Of a DNA stretch of 64,000 nucleotides, positions 37,901 to 52,967 are shown one piece after another; position 1 is the stretch's first letter, and each line of letters starts with the position of its first letter. The notes under the pieces are model-generated. The model was given only the letters and a program-made list of their open reading frames with translations. It had not been told where the DNA came from and made no database searches. The stretch is from Trichoplax adhaerens (lineage: Eukaryota > Animalia > Placozoa), in assembly GCF_000150275.1 (NCBI RefSeq), contig NW_002060946.1, positions 4,855,454 to 4,919,453 of the forward strand, in the 5' to 3' direction. Both the position numbers and the translations under genes were made by a program.

Positions 37901-40900
37901 ATTTAACTTTTGAAAAATTTGGCGAAGTAAGAAAGTAAAAAATTTGTATTAGAAATGATATCTTATGTAATAGTTCGCGAACAGTATTGAACAGTTTCAC
38001 TAAACATAGTACCGTAAGTCAAATTAACTGATAACATCAGTCTATAGCTATCCGACTTACCTCGATGATCTGGTCGCCAATTTTTAAGGTGCTTCCAGCT
38101 GGTTGATAAGCTATATTGGTAGAATCTATTTCAGAGATAAAAATGCCAGCAGCATTACCACCAACAATACCAATTTTAACTTTGCCAGTACGTCTAAAGT
38201 TGACTATTCTTGACGAAACCGGTTGTTTCAGTGCTTCATGTTGAATGCTGTATTTGAGGTGTAAGTAAATAGGATTAGAACTATTCATCCAAGTGATAGA
38301 AGCGATACTCTAATAGTACAAGGAGATTCTATAAACTGTTGTATATTTATAATGATTTAATACTATAACTAACAGGAAGGCACTATTTTTATCGTTGTTA
38401 GTAGAGTGAACTGATCGAATAGAAGATCCGCGACTTGATGCAATCGATGAAACATGTTTTCTTCTCCTCGTAACTGGTGTTTGCGGCTGACTGGTATCAG
38501 AGCTATGAGAAAACAAAAGTTGATAAAATGATGTTTTGCTACGAAATACACAATAATAATATTAGAAACACAGCTAAATTAAGAAATCAATCCTATTAAT
38601 CATGAATATTGAGAGCGATAAACATACCCAACAGATTCGTTTAAAGGTTTGTATCCTGTAATTATAATTATGATAGACATAAGACAGTAAAAGATTAGTG
38701 CACAAGTAGTATTGTATTACTGTACTGCACTATCTGATGGTTTGATCGTCAATATTTCTTGATATCAATTTATTTTTTAAGTAATGGGCATTTTGGCTTT
38801 ACCTTGAGGATTATATTGCACAATTAAATACAAATCTTTGCCTTTCCCTGTCAACACTTGTTCGGCTTGAGCCAAGTCGGCAGTAGTTAAATCAATATCG
38901 TTACACTATTGAGATAGTGACAGATTACATCCGTATTTATGGGATAATAATATTTATATTTACTAGGTAATGGTTAAGTATACTAATTAAAGTCATTCGA
39001 AATCAAAGAAATTAAAAATGCTATACCCGCAATAATTGATCACCAGGGCGTAATCCAATCTTAGATGGTCTACTTTCGCTATATGACATCGATGTAACGA
39101 ATACCCCACCGAATGCGCTGAGGGCTATGCAAATATTTAAAGGGAGCATAGCTTGTTTTACGGTAACGTATCTTGGATCAGTGGCTCTGTTATAACAAAT
39201 TTACGAAATTATAGGAGTCGTATTAAAATATCAAGCATCAATAACTGATAAATATATTAGATTAATTGACCTAAGATAACAAAATTAAACCCTAGTATAG
39301 GCATAACAGCTTCAGATTTGTTTAACAGCAATGCATGAAGAACGGAGAAATTATGAGTCTATAGTTACTTACGATGAAGTATTTTCATCCTGTCTCTCCT
39401 CACTATCTTCAGTTTCTTCTTCATAGCGTTCAATCTTGCGAGTGTTATTAACATGAGATTGAAATAAACGGATATCATCAACACATGAAGAAGCAGCAAA
39501 TGACGATGAAATATTGCCACTTATCCCAGATTCAGATAATAACAAAGAACGGCTTGACTGGCTAAATATGCGTGACGACGGTAGAATACTTGATGTAGGT
39601 GTCATAATGCCTCGTTGACTTAGCATGATGTCGTGATGATAAAGTGATGAGCCAGTCAAGGAACTGGGAGATGAACTCGAATAGTAAGAAATACTTGTAG
39701 CAGAAGAACCATAACCTGGACTTAAATTATGCAATATATCATTTGGACTATGATGAAGATTGTTATAGCTTTGATAGAAGGCACCAGAATTAGTTTCTTC
39801 GAATGACATAGACGCATACGACTGATAATGAGGATATTTAGAATGAGAGTTAAGATGATCCCTCTTTCGGTCATGAAATACGCGTGGATTTCGCGATTTA
39901 AAAACTGGCTTCTGTTGCTGTTGTTGAGCAGCTGTTGTTGGTAAAAGTAGCTTTGCACTAAGACATTGTTGGTTAGCGCTAGAAGAAGAAGAATGATTAT
40001 CCCAATTCGAATTAAAATTGACTGGCCCTGATGAATATATTGGACGGTTCCGGTTAGATAATGAATCAATTTGACTATTTGTTACCAACTTAACCCATTC
40101 ATCAACATTTGTATATTTTAAATCACTTTCGACTTTTATATCACCTTTATTTTCTAAATTTTTTACTGCATTAGTTTTTCGATTGTGACTATCGTTAGTC
40201 ATTATTGTTGCATGTGTAAATCCCTCGCTATTATTATTATTCCTTCTCGAATTATATTGAACCGTAACCTTATCTTCGTCTTGGTTGTATCGTGCGCTTG
40301 CAGTGTTGCTAAGTGAATTACGATCATTTAACAAATCGGAGTTCGAATTTGATCGATCTTGTAATTGCGCAATAGGCTGATCAGGATCGTTTTGATCATC
40401 CAAGTCATTATCTAACATTGGCAGATGTCGCATATTAACCAATTTAAGCTTTTGACGATTTGCTACTTTTACATTGTCTTGTGAATGATTGATATGAATA
40501 TTAGGATTCTGATTGGAGAATTTAGAGGCGTTGCCATTAACCATAATGCTGTCATTCAAGGGAGTAGAATTAGGATTATGGCGATAATGATGATACCCAT
40601 TGCTCAGTTGTTGTTGAGAGCAGTCACTTAGAGAATGCGTTGTGTTAGTTTCGTTTGCTATCGAGTTCGTATGTGTGGTACTACGCACTTTTACCTTGGT
40701 CAGAAGATTTTTATCGTTTGATATTTTTCCATTTTTACAATTAATAAAATGTTCGTTGTCTTTATAAAGCTGCGTACTACCGGTATCAAAGTTATTATTG
40801 TCTTGTTTTACTGATCGCAGATTTTTTGTACTGTTGTTTATCGCTGAAGGGCACGGTTTTGTCACTGAATCGATGGTATTAACTGCCATACTACGATCAG

Positions 40901-43900
40901 AATTGCTATTGAGTTGTGATTGTTGATCAGCTATTGTTGTACTCATCTCTCCATATTCCTGTACTTCTTTCATCTCATCATTGACTTGTTCAATCGTTGA
41001 GGATGCACTCGTATGATTACTTTGTTGATGTTGATGATGCACTAATTTACTAATTTTATTACAACCTGGATCGTTAGTCGTACTATATACATTATTTGTT
41101 ATTTCATTGATTTCATTATAATTAGATTTACTAGGCCCAAAAGTTTGTTGCAGTTGTGTTGAAACTTGTAATTTAGAATTTTTCGTATTATAATCTATAT
41201 TACCAGATAAGTTACGACTATGATTATGTTGCTCATTAGCTAATCGGCTTACATACGTATTCGATGATGACGAATTAGTTGTATTGATATTACTATTAAA
41301 ATAGCGATAATGCTTATGATTTGGGTGATCGCGATTTAAAAATGCCACGACATCATATTTTTGAACGAATAAATTCATGATGTGCTGACTATTTTGATGT
41401 AATAATTGGGTAATCTCATTTCCTGTCATATCGTCTAATTTAAGATTATTAATTGCTAATAACTTATCACCAATAGATAGCTCACCATCAGTAGCTGCTA
41501 TAATCTCCGGTACTATTGCGGTGATAATGTGATCGCTGTCAACTTGGATACAATCAGCAAAGGAAATTGCAACAGGTGTAACCGCAATTTTGACATATAG
41601 CGGCCTTTTTCGATTTCCAATAACGGTTATTTTCTTTTCCTCTGCCATGTTCCTCATAAACTGGAGTAATGCATTCGGATCGAACGTGCTCAAATCAACT
41701 TTATTAATTGATCGAATGTCATCACCCACATAAAGAATACCGTAACTCGGGCTACCCTTATGAACACATGATATTGTTATCCCGTTACGATATGGTGATG
41801 TTGAGCACTCTTTCGAATTACGATAAGAGAAGCCAAACTGGCAATTATCCGCACGAACAATGGAACGGCAGAACTGAATATCAATTTCATCATCGGGATA
41901 ATCGATATCAATTGCAGAGTCGTAGTATAGCGAATTATGCGATGATTTTAAATCGAAAGAGATTGGATTATTTCCTTCAGTATTACTGGTAATTGCAGAA
42001 TTGTTATCTTGATCAACTTGATACTGTGAATGATAGCGATTGCCCATCGAATCGGTTGTCAACATGTGATCGCGACGTAAATAATGTCTATGACCATCAA
42101 TACTATTTGCTTGATTATGTATGTATAGATTATCATTTTTATTATAATTGATATTGCTGTTGGTGTCATTCGCATAAAATGTTGATCCTGTATCTTGATG
42201 TGATACTGTTGATGAAAGTTCTTTGCCTGTCACTTTATTCGCATGATGATCGGCCTGATTAGTTCTGATTCCATTCGCGAGATAGTCATAATGATGATTA
42301 CCATTAATTTCCGTATTTTGATACGGAACATTTAATTTTCCTAATTTCTCTTTTCGATTTTTAGTCACATTACATCCAGCATTAACGCCAGAATAATAGT
42401 TCGAGTTTTGTATTTCCTGAAGTTTTTGATGCGTAGACCAATCATTATTCGTAATGGTAACAGGTTTATTACTAATACTATTATCAGTTGTTGCCGTTGT
42501 AGCTGTTATTGTACTAGTAACCACTGCTGTATCCGATGTGGAATTTTTATTGACTACATCAAATTTATCTTTTACAGGATTAGCATATAATTTGTCATAT
42601 TCTTCATAACGCTGTAATAATTCTTCATTGGTGTGAATAGTTTCTTTTAAATTAACTTTTAATGCTTCGATACGCGTATTATCGACATGTTTATCACGCT
42701 TGAGCTGATCAACAAGTTGTTGCAATTTTTTTAATTCTAATTGCAATTCTTGGCACTGTTTCTCCGCTAATAATTTTTCTTGCACTGAAGTTTGGTATTG
42801 TTCCTGAATATTGTTCATATCACGATGAACGATGTCACGCTCTTCCATTATCTTGCCATATTCTACCATAATAATTTCTTTCTCACGTTTGACTCGTTGT
42901 AATTCCCTCAAACGATTACTTTGGCGATCATTAAAGTCTTGCCTTTCTTTTTCTCTCTCATTACCGTGCATTCGCAATGCAGACCTTAACGCATCACGTT
43001 CACGTATTAACTGCTCGCAATCGCGGTTTTGAGCGGACAATTGATGCTTATAACGTTGTTTCTCTTTAGCTATAAGACTGATTTCTTTCTCTAATTGTTG
43101 ACATTGAATATATAATTTTTGGTATTTAATTTTATGCTGTTTTAACGTTGATTGTAACAAATGACAGTCACACTGCAATTGATCATGATCGATAAATCCT
43201 GAAGGCGAATCATAATTTGATTTATCATTTAAGGATATTTTTTGATGACCGTTAAAACTATTATATACAGGATAAGCTGGTACTTTATTATGGCTATATG
43301 TCCAACTATTTACATTTTCATTGTTTATATTAGTACTAGTTGATGTTGCGTTATCTATTGAATGAGAGCCACTGCTATCTTCATGGTTATGAGCAGTTAC
43401 ACCTTGGCCGTACTGTCCCGCTACAGTATTATTAACCGATGGATATATATCGGTATCATTATCTTGACCATGATCAGAACTTTTTATGATCGATGTTTTA
43501 TTTCCTTCATCTTGTTGTGATGACGCCTGCAACGCAACTGATGATGTGTGTTGCTCTTGTTGAGGCAACGATGGCAGCGGTACTGACTGACGTGTAGAAG
43601 ATGATGCTTGTTGTTGATGATCAATTGTATTTTTTAAATTATCATAATTTTGATGCCACCTTTTAATTTCATACTTAAGTTGTTGATTTTGTTTTATTAA
43701 TTCATGATTATGATGAAGAAGTTGTTCAAAGTTATCGTTAATCTCAGATAATTGTTGGTAAAGATTTTCCGAGCGTTCATGATTTAACGACAATTTAGTT
43801 GTTAATAATCCCTTGTCATGTTTCAAATCTTCTACGTGTTCAATGGCATTTAAATAAATTCGTTTCAATGTCTCTTTATCCATGGTATCCATCTGTTCTG

Positions 43901-44288
43901 CAACTTCTTTAGCAGCAATTCTAGCAGACGATTTAAATAGATTCACAATTTGATTGATAGCGTTATGAGGATTACTTCCATAAGTTTGTATAGTTTCTTC
44001 AACTTGATGCAAATAACGGCCAGCTTGATCTCGTTCTTCCTTAACTTGAATATATTGTTTCCGTAATTTTTCTAATTCTTGCATCCATGGATTAAGATTA
44101 TTATTATCGTCATTATTATTGTTGCCATTATTATCGGTATTGCCAATTGAAGCATGAAGAACATGACTGTTAGCTACATTATTAATATTGTTATTAGCAT
44201 TAAAATTAGTAGCTGTAGCAGTAATGGTATTGTTGTAAGAAGATGGAGTTTGCTGTTGTGGATTTTCACTAGTTACCGTACTAGCCAT
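34918..44288 (-). CDS. DLG5: Disks large homolog 5 (MAGUK: coiled coil, 4 PDZ, SH3, GK), 2221 aa
   Basis: 14 phase-consistent exons: 44288-39373, 39186-39027, 38905-38803, 38655-38628, 38502-38374, 38247-38061, 37906-37804, 37506-37263, 36729-36503, 36361-36260, 36129-35999, 35901-35789, 35696-35587, 35030-34918 (6666 nt). DLG5-type coiled coil (EYGKIMEERDIVHRDM). PDZ1/2 at about 41880-41355, PDZ3, PDZ4 (IVGGNAAGIFI), SH3 (YRALFNY...ELSFRRGDVLHITDTLY...W...GKIPS) and GK (RPIVLFGP, HCILE, EEQRKPVW). Confidence 0.92.
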
Positions 44289-47200
44289 GACGGATTAGTA
44301 GTTATAAAAAGTATTCGAAAATTTTAATTTACCCACCATGTATTAGAGTTGAGAAGTCATCATTATAATATGTTTCATTCAGCTGTTTGAATACAATCGA
44401 ACCTTACAATTTCCTTTCTTGTACATCAATTCGAATTTCATTGAATTGCTCCAATATGTGTGCTTCTTATCTTATCCGTATGATCGTTAATTTCTTTGAC
44501 TAACCACAGCTTAGCAATGATTTGAGATATCAAACTGACGAACTTCAACAAATATGTGACAATGATTCATCTTGTGACTAGAATATTACATAAACATAAT
44601 TTTACAAAAATTGATTAGAACAGGATTAACCATCATTATAGCACGTTATAGTCTTTAATGAAAATCTATTACTGTTTAAGAAAAGTTTCAGTCAATATAT
44701 TTTGATTTGTCACAACTGAAACATGAGCTTTTAAATTTATCAGGTACAAAACTGCTAGTCAGCATAAGTAATGGTTGCTGTACTGTTAAGGGTAGCATAA
44801 TTAGTTATTGGAACCTGCTATTATGTTGAAAATTGTATTAAAATAGAATGTGATGAAATTTTTTTAGTCACATGTCATGTGTATTTAATATATCGTGATG
44901 TAACCACAGCAGTCAGCGATTGGTGGATAATGCACCATTGAAAGTAAATCAATCAACTAAACCATGCTGTTACTATTGACTTTTACTTGCTTAGTTTATG
45001 CAAATGAATTCCTTGTTATCTTCAATATTAGCAATTGCTCGTATGTTCGACTGCTAAGACTCTAATTTTCGTTGCGTTCGTTAGTACAACAGTAACTTAT
45101 TGTCAATAGATATCAAAAAAGGTAGATAGTAGATTAATCGTTTTCATTACAGGATATATTCTTTTAACGGATACAAGCATAGTTTAACAACTTCTGGAAT
45201 CAATCTTGGTTAATAAATTTAACATTTCTCAGGATTTTAAAAAACTTAGAACCGATCTTACGTGAAAATCTAAAAATTAATGAAACGATATACGAGTAGT
45301 AATACTACTGTACAGACCGATATGAAAATATTTTGTTTTCGCAAATCTAAATTGATTATAGTCTAATTAATACATATGAAAAAAAGGAATGATACCCGTG
45401 ATAGGTTATGCTAACAAAAGAACGTATTGCAACATGACCAGCAATTATGTTACACTGCGTTATCATACAAATGACTTACATATTTTACAAGAAAATGCTG
45501 ACTTGTCATGATAATTATATGATAATTATGATTGAAACTAATCATTTCGATATACGAGTATATGTCGCGGAAATATTTAAGAACCTAATATGACGTCAAT
45601 AATATTAAGAATTTAACCACTATCACAGGTCGAAGTTGATAAGCCTTTTTCTTTGATCGAGTATACAGAAATCATGCAGAAATACATATAATACAGACTG
45701 TAGTATCAAAAAATTTATCACGAAAGAGGTAGCAACGCCAGATGGTCCAATTAAGATTTACCAATCACCATTCATAATAGAGTGAGGGCACAGTGAAATT
45801 GCATATTATGTAGCAAATTACTTAGGCCACATAAACGATAAGCAAAACCAGATAAATTTTTACCCCTCGACTAAAATGTGGTTCTATGACTTATTTTCAT
45901 CAATCTGTCTGGCTTAAATAATGTGTATGCAATCATCAGAATTACGAAAGTAGTGATAAACAAATTACTTAATTCTTAGATAAAAGATTGTACGAGCAGA
46001 TTACAACAGACTCATTAATTATTGCTGACTAAGGGATATTTTGAAGTCAGTTTAGGGTCAAGGTTGTAGCTTGAATCCAGCACGACCGGATACACTATTA
46101 ACAATATCATAAAGTCCTATGAAGTCCTATGGATAACGCATATAACTTATGGAAGGAATATGCACTATTCCCATTGACTAGCTATGATTTCTTAGCATGT
46201 TATACACACGTATGCGTAAAATTACTACGTAATCTGGGTATACTGTACCGTAAGATATATATATTCGCTTAAAATTAACAGAGATTGAGGTTACAGCTAT
46301 GGTTTGGATATTATATGATTTACTAAATGACGTATCATCCTGATATTACGAACATGAATTATGCAACTTATAGCAATAGTAAATTTTTTGTAGCACATAC
46401 GAGTATTTCTATCTTTAATAAACATTGATAAAGAATAAAGTCACATAAACATATTTTTAAATTCTGACAATTTTGAATCAAGGTATGGGTATGATCATTT
46501 ATTACAAGATGCTGCTTTTACTCTAGCTATAGTAACTCTGATTATATTATTTATCAACAAATTAACAACAATAGAAAATTTAGATAGGCACATATGTTGG
46601 AATTGATGAGGATTATTAAGAGATACTTCAAAACTTTTTAGGGTAACTGTATCAACTAACACATGCGGTGATTTATTCCGGTATTAATAGTTTTTATGAA
46701 TTGGTATACGGCATATTAGAGATTGAGTTCTTTTAGAAGTTCATATTTGCTACCTGATACCAGATTTAATGCTATAATATTTCATTATTTCAGTTATTAT
46801 TGCATAAAAAACTATAAGTTGGCAATAAGATGACAAGAAAAGTATGGAGTTTTTCTAGTATCGTTTGCCAGCCATGATTGTCTTCTGTACTACTACATAG
46901 CATTGAACATAAGTTAGGGATGCTTAGGGTTCGATTGATCAACTAATTGTCTATATTTGACAAGCCCGAAATTAGCCGTAATTCGGAAATGACGATCACG
47001 TATCACATATTCACATTATCGGAAAAGGTACCAGTTTGTCGTTAGGCAATTCTCGTAATATGATCACTATAACACCTAATAGTTTGATATGTTAGCAAAT
47101 AAAGCCCTTTAAAATTAACTGTAAATTTGTTTAACTATGCAGGCTAGTTGTGGTTGAAAGAATAATACGAGTAAGATAGAACATGCAACGGTAAGGAACG

Positions 47201-50200
47201 TGATCCGTTACTGAAAAGAAATCGAAATATAGCAAAAATGCCATTTATCTACAATCAGTAAGTAGAATACAGTAACTCCAAATACTTTAGAATAGCAAAT
47301 AAAAATTGTTGAACCTCAATTTTTATGTCGACTTGTAGGCTAGTTATAGCTCTTGTACCCTGACCATACCAACCATTTCAGCACAATGAATTATGATTTA
47401 CTGAATAATGAATTATATATAGATTTAAAAAGTTATCGGAGAAATAATGATACGATTAATTTTAATTCCTTTTAACTGACTATTGATTTAACAACATTGA
47501 AAATACTGTATATAACGTTTAATATATTTAAGCCTTTCAGATATAGCATTTTTCCTCATTTTAAAGATACCTACAATCATTCATATTGACAACCCGATAT
47601 GTTTGTGCGGCAAAGATGAAAGAATTATAGTGCGGTCGTTAGGTCAAGGTTCCGCTCAGATGTGTAGAAAAGCCCTCGATGAAGATTGTGATCCTTAATT
47701 GCATGATCCCAATAAAGTGCACAGTGTAATAAATTTAAGATAATATTTCATGTTATCTTAGCATGGACTACTTAGTAGTCTCGACTATTAGCTACGAGTT
47801 ATCAAAAAATTTGCTGTCTACTCTTGTTGATCATTTGTTGAAACAAATTACGATATCATCAAGAAGCTGGATATTATAATCAAGTTCTTTAAGAGCTTTA
47901 AAAGGTTATAGATCGATGAATACATACGCGCGCATAGTCTTATACATTGCGTATACTTGGTAACTAGGTTTCGTAAACAAGCCTTACAATCTTTAATTAA
48001 TATTATCAATTTTATTCGGATTACAATGTCAACAAGCGGGCAGATAAGTAATCAACTAAATTCTATTTCAAGAACTAGGATGAGAGACTATAGCCCGACT
48101 GACATACTCGTATCACGTATAGGCAGATTTTTAAATTACGGTGTTATGTAATAAGAAAAGCTTACTGTTTGCATTAACCATAATTTAACATTCTTAAAAG
48201 TAAAATCATCATCCTGTCAATAAGTAGATCGAGAATCAATCGACTGGTTCTGTTATTAATGAATGTCTTACGAGCGGCCGGTAATAGTGGTGGGCAATTG
48301 TGTAATTTTATTTTTATTATTCGGATTAAAATTGGTGGTGTATTTTTGACCGCAATGATAACTCACAGCCAGTAATAACAAAGAAGTAATCATATACTCG
48401 TACGCTATGTCAGACTATCCTGATTTTTACGTATCTGAGTTTTTCGGAAAAGCTATCGAAAGTTAGCTCTATTGTAACATTTATTAATTAGGGAAAAGAT
48501 CGAATGTACAGTGGAACTTGAACTTCAACAACTATCATTTTTTTATAAAAAGTTAATTGAATGAGTTGATTAAATCATCCCTTTTATACAGTTACTGTAT
48601 GTTATCACTTAACTATTCTAGCTAGTGCTTGAGTAAATGTAGAATCGCTTATGATCTGGAGGATACTAGCTAACTTGTTACGGTATGTAATTATAGTAAC
48701 GACTAAATTGGATATTAATTAATTACCAAATTTGGTTCTTACTCATTATTATTAATCATAATTATCAATATGTTAATCGAAACAAGGGATCTTAAAGGAT
48801 GAAACATTAAAACACCCATTATTCTGCTATATTACTATACCAAATCTTCTGATGTTTCTTTAAGGTAAATAATAAGTAAAGAATAACAACTACAGATTAC
48901 AGACAGGCAATCAATGTACGAACGTATTAACAACCATCTAAAATTTATAGTACCGCATATTGGCTTCCAATTTAATGCAAGCATATAACATACGCAATGC
49001 ACTTGCTTATTTCGCCCTGGTCAATAATTCATATGGAAATAAAATAGTTACGAATTCAAGTTGCCTCTGATATTCTTTGATCAGTACGTAACATCTATAA
49101 TTGTACGTCTAACTGTCTATCCCAATAAATCATAATTTATGATTAAGCGTATAATTAATTAATACTGAATAATGATAAACCCGTTAACATTTTTGATATC
49201 TTTCTTGATTTTGTATTTGAAATCATTGATAATGGCATACGACGGATCGAAATAATTTGATAAAATGAATTTTTTTTACAATTTTGATACTACCTGTAGC
49301 ATTTAGAATGTATTATTACTCACTAAAAGTCATAACTTGTATGACAACCATAAAGTTTTCACTTAGTTATTTTCTACTGGACATAAGCCTTCACATCGTG
49401 GATCCAAGATATAAAGAATCATGGTAATAAGTATTCAGTAACCTAATGATGGCTTGTAATATAGTTACTTATTACTGTACTAAGTTGTAGATTAATCAAT
49501 CGCGACATAATAAATTGATTTCGACTCACATTGAAGCACGGAGTTGTCCTATGTAACGACATAAAATCGATATTTTTTCCGGGAATTGGGTAAATGCATT
49601 ACAGCATAATGTATCTTAGATTCTTACATTTGATTGGTAAAAAACATTATGAAATATGTTAATTTCCAAGATTGGTCAGAATACTACTTTATCGCATGTC
49701 AAAAATATGATGACTAAATAACTTTAAACTTTTCACTTAGCCATTTTGTTTAGACTACTCGAATTCTGTGTCCCTCGTGATAAAGACTTATCCCAATTGG
49801 CGATAATAATAATTATTCACCCATATTCGATAATAACGACGAAAGGATGGGTTTAAATAACTGATTACTGTTGTTAATCGCATCATTATGCTTTCAAATT
49901 AGTTACGATTTATGTACTGGTAATCTTATCCAAACACAATTAAATTATACTTGTCTATCTATCTTATGGTCTCGTCATCATCATATAGACTGAAAATTGT
50001 CTTGATGATTCTAAAATAAAATGTTTGTGATTTAATTTAATTTATGATATGAAGATGACGTAACATCATTTTAACTATCATCATGCAACATGTAGATAGG
50101 TACAGTATTAGATATTTTGAATCAGTCCTTTTTCAATTACTTTAATTAATCTCTCATCACAATAACGTATTAGCCTCCAACCGTAGTATATCAGACCATC

Positions 50201-52967
50201 GAATGGTCTACTGACGTCAATGCATTTAATGCAAATTGCCAATAATTACCCAGGAAAAATTTTTAAAAGTAACGAATTTTCTTGAGAATTAACCTTAGCA
50301 TTACGTATGTTTCTTAACCAAGTCTTAACTGAACCGAATATCATTAATAGCTTCAGGGATGAGGCAGTAAATAAAAGGTTGAAAGGATGAAAATACAGTT
50401 ATTAGATAGATAGTTAATTTGGTAGAGCCTTGCCACCATTTTTATAAATTCATTGTTTTCATCGATGTAAAGGTCTAAGTCATAACAATTTGTGATAAAT
50501 GAATATTGTTATTTCTTTTTGTCCCTGATGATATTATACCATCCTTCTACAGTAGTTCAATTGGACTGTGTTAGTGATTGGCTAATTATTGGCAAATGAT
50601 TAAAACGCCACATTCTATAACAAATACTATATTCATATGACTACGCCTTCTTCATAAGTACGAGTAATACTGTAACTGTTGTATTTTTTGTCTACGTATA
50701 TTGTTAGCGCAGTTCATACGTCTTACAGTATTTGAAAACTGGATAAAGATAGTGGAAATAATGGACTACCTGGAAATAGAATTACTGTACTCTGGGATGA
50801 AAGACTCTTGACTAATGTTCAAAAAATCCCAATTTAAGAGCAACTGATAAATGACCAGGAAGCAGTCATCATTACAACTTTCCTTTGGGAAAGAAAACTC
50901 TTTCTTGATTTACAGATCAACATCGTCAAACATAGAGTTACCGTTTCTATTACGATAGGCAATTTAAAAGTTAATTTATGTCCGGTCAAACAAAAATAAT
51001 ACGATAATAAGTTAATTCTTTAGCATTCATTGATGGATGATGTACAGAGTTTATAGATTATGCTATGTTGCACAGCAGTCTAACCGATGTTGAACCTACT
51101 CCTTAGTAATCCATTATTATCCTATTGTCCAGTATTCGTCTACTCTATTTAAGACTACAAAAAAAGATACTATTGGTAACAATTTAATACAAGTTAAGAA
51201 TGAGATGATCACAACTGGAGAAGGTGGAAAAGTTGTTTCTATTGACTGTAGCTTTTGCCATTAGACAAACGATCATTTTAAATACACAAGGGGAGTCTCT
51301 CTTATTCTACCACGTTTGTTAATTTCTTCTTCATTTCAAAATAGACGATGAAATCATCATAAACATGATTTCTATCCCTGGCGCCATTATTCATAGACAA
51401 ACAGTCGATCATCGCAACTGTTAAATGGTTAATAACAAAAAAATAATTCTTTTTTTGCCCCTTTTCTCTCTTATTTCTACATCATATTAAGTGTGTGAGT
51501 TAGGCTCTATAGTAATTTCCAATGTTAACCATAGGTTGTAATTAAGTTTTGTCAATTTCTATGCCATGGTAAAACAAATTAGTTGATCGCTCAGTAGCTG
51601 ATATACTAGTAGGGTTATAAAAAATGCTCTCTATAATTTCGGTAGAGCCGATTGGAAATTGGTAATTAGTGATTATGTTATTTCCCTGCTGACTTCTAGC
51701 ATAGTTAATTTAACGTGGAAAATTGGTTGTGATTATGCACATTAATTAATTATACAAGATCAATAAGAAGATGGATGATCCATTACTATAATTGACTATC
51801 AATTTTGATTATAATCATACACCTTTTTGAATCAATACTGGAAGTTACTAATCGTAACAGATCAAATAGTCATCTATTTTAAACTTTATATATAAATTTT
51901 CCTATTCCATTTGGGTTAATCAAGATTACGCGCGTTAGAAAATAACAAACCTGTGTCGGAATAGATGATGATAATCCTTGAACCGTTACGTGCTTAAAAA
52001 ATTCGATTAATTACGATCTTTGCTGTTTTTTTTTAATGTCGTATTGCAAGCCCCAAGGTATCTTGTTTATTGATTAAACTATCAATGTTATAGCCACGAT
52101 AACCACAAGATTAAGGAATAAAAGAATGAATTATTGTAGGTTCATGTTGATTTCCAACTTTTGATCGGCGTACCAATAAATACTGTATAATAATAAAAAT
52201 ATAGAAGAATCGATCAATTTACACCCTGTGATACAGGCTGTTTATAGCCAGCTTCAATAGTCTATTTTCCTGATCTAATCTAGTAAAAAGAGCCATTTCT
52301 TAATGAATTCATATCATTTTTTACGTCTAAGTAAATGGATGATCCAATTAGAAGTAGGCACTAAAATGATACGCTATCATGACTCAAGGTAGCTGTACTT
52401 GTTGTGTGGTCTATGCTAAGATCATGTTATCCTGACAATTTTACACGTACATAGTAAAACAAGAAGTCAATGGCGTTGTTGTATTCTAGTGTAAGGTAAA
52501 AAGTCACATCTTTATGAAGGGAATGCTAGCAAAGTTTAAAACTGACCAGAATTGAAATAAAAATCAACGGAGTTGAGTCGTTTCCCTGCTGAGTTAACAA
52601 GTCCTTCTTTACTCTTTAGACCCAAGTTCCTTGTCAAGTTGTAGACTATTATTTTACTATTGACTATGATCTTTTCTACTTTTTACGTGGATCATTATAA
52701 TAGGTACTATGGGGATGATCAATATTATGGCTGTAAGTATTTGTAGTCATGTTCACGTTATAAATAGTCTACGTCTACATACAAGAGAGAAAATAAAAAA
52801 AAAAATAGGGTAAATCCTATTCTAAGTCGACTACGACTGAGTGTCATAGGACAGCGAAGATGGAGAAAGGCAGCGGTAGTACAATCATGATTCTATACCC
52901 CTAGAGTAAATTACTTGATGACGCAGATTATTTAACGTTGCTACTCATCCATGTCATCACAACTTAC

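Noticed and set aside
39722-43032. ORFs overlapping the DLG5 giant exon (39722, 41708, 42408, 42832)
   Set aside because: Alternate-frame or antisense shadows of a long coding exon.
46030-46095. tRNA/SINE-like AAGGTTGTAGCTTGAATCC
   Set aside because: Degenerate B box, no A box and no cloverleaf.
47355-47390. GACCATACCA resembling the 5' end of 5S rRNA
   Set aside because: The match is about 10 nt and the rest of 5S is absent.
46055-47652. DR0-like nuclear receptor sites GGGTCA-AGGTTG (46055) and AGGTCA-AGGTTC (47641)
   Set aside because: The second half-sites are imperfect, and two hits in several kb are not compelling without conservation data.
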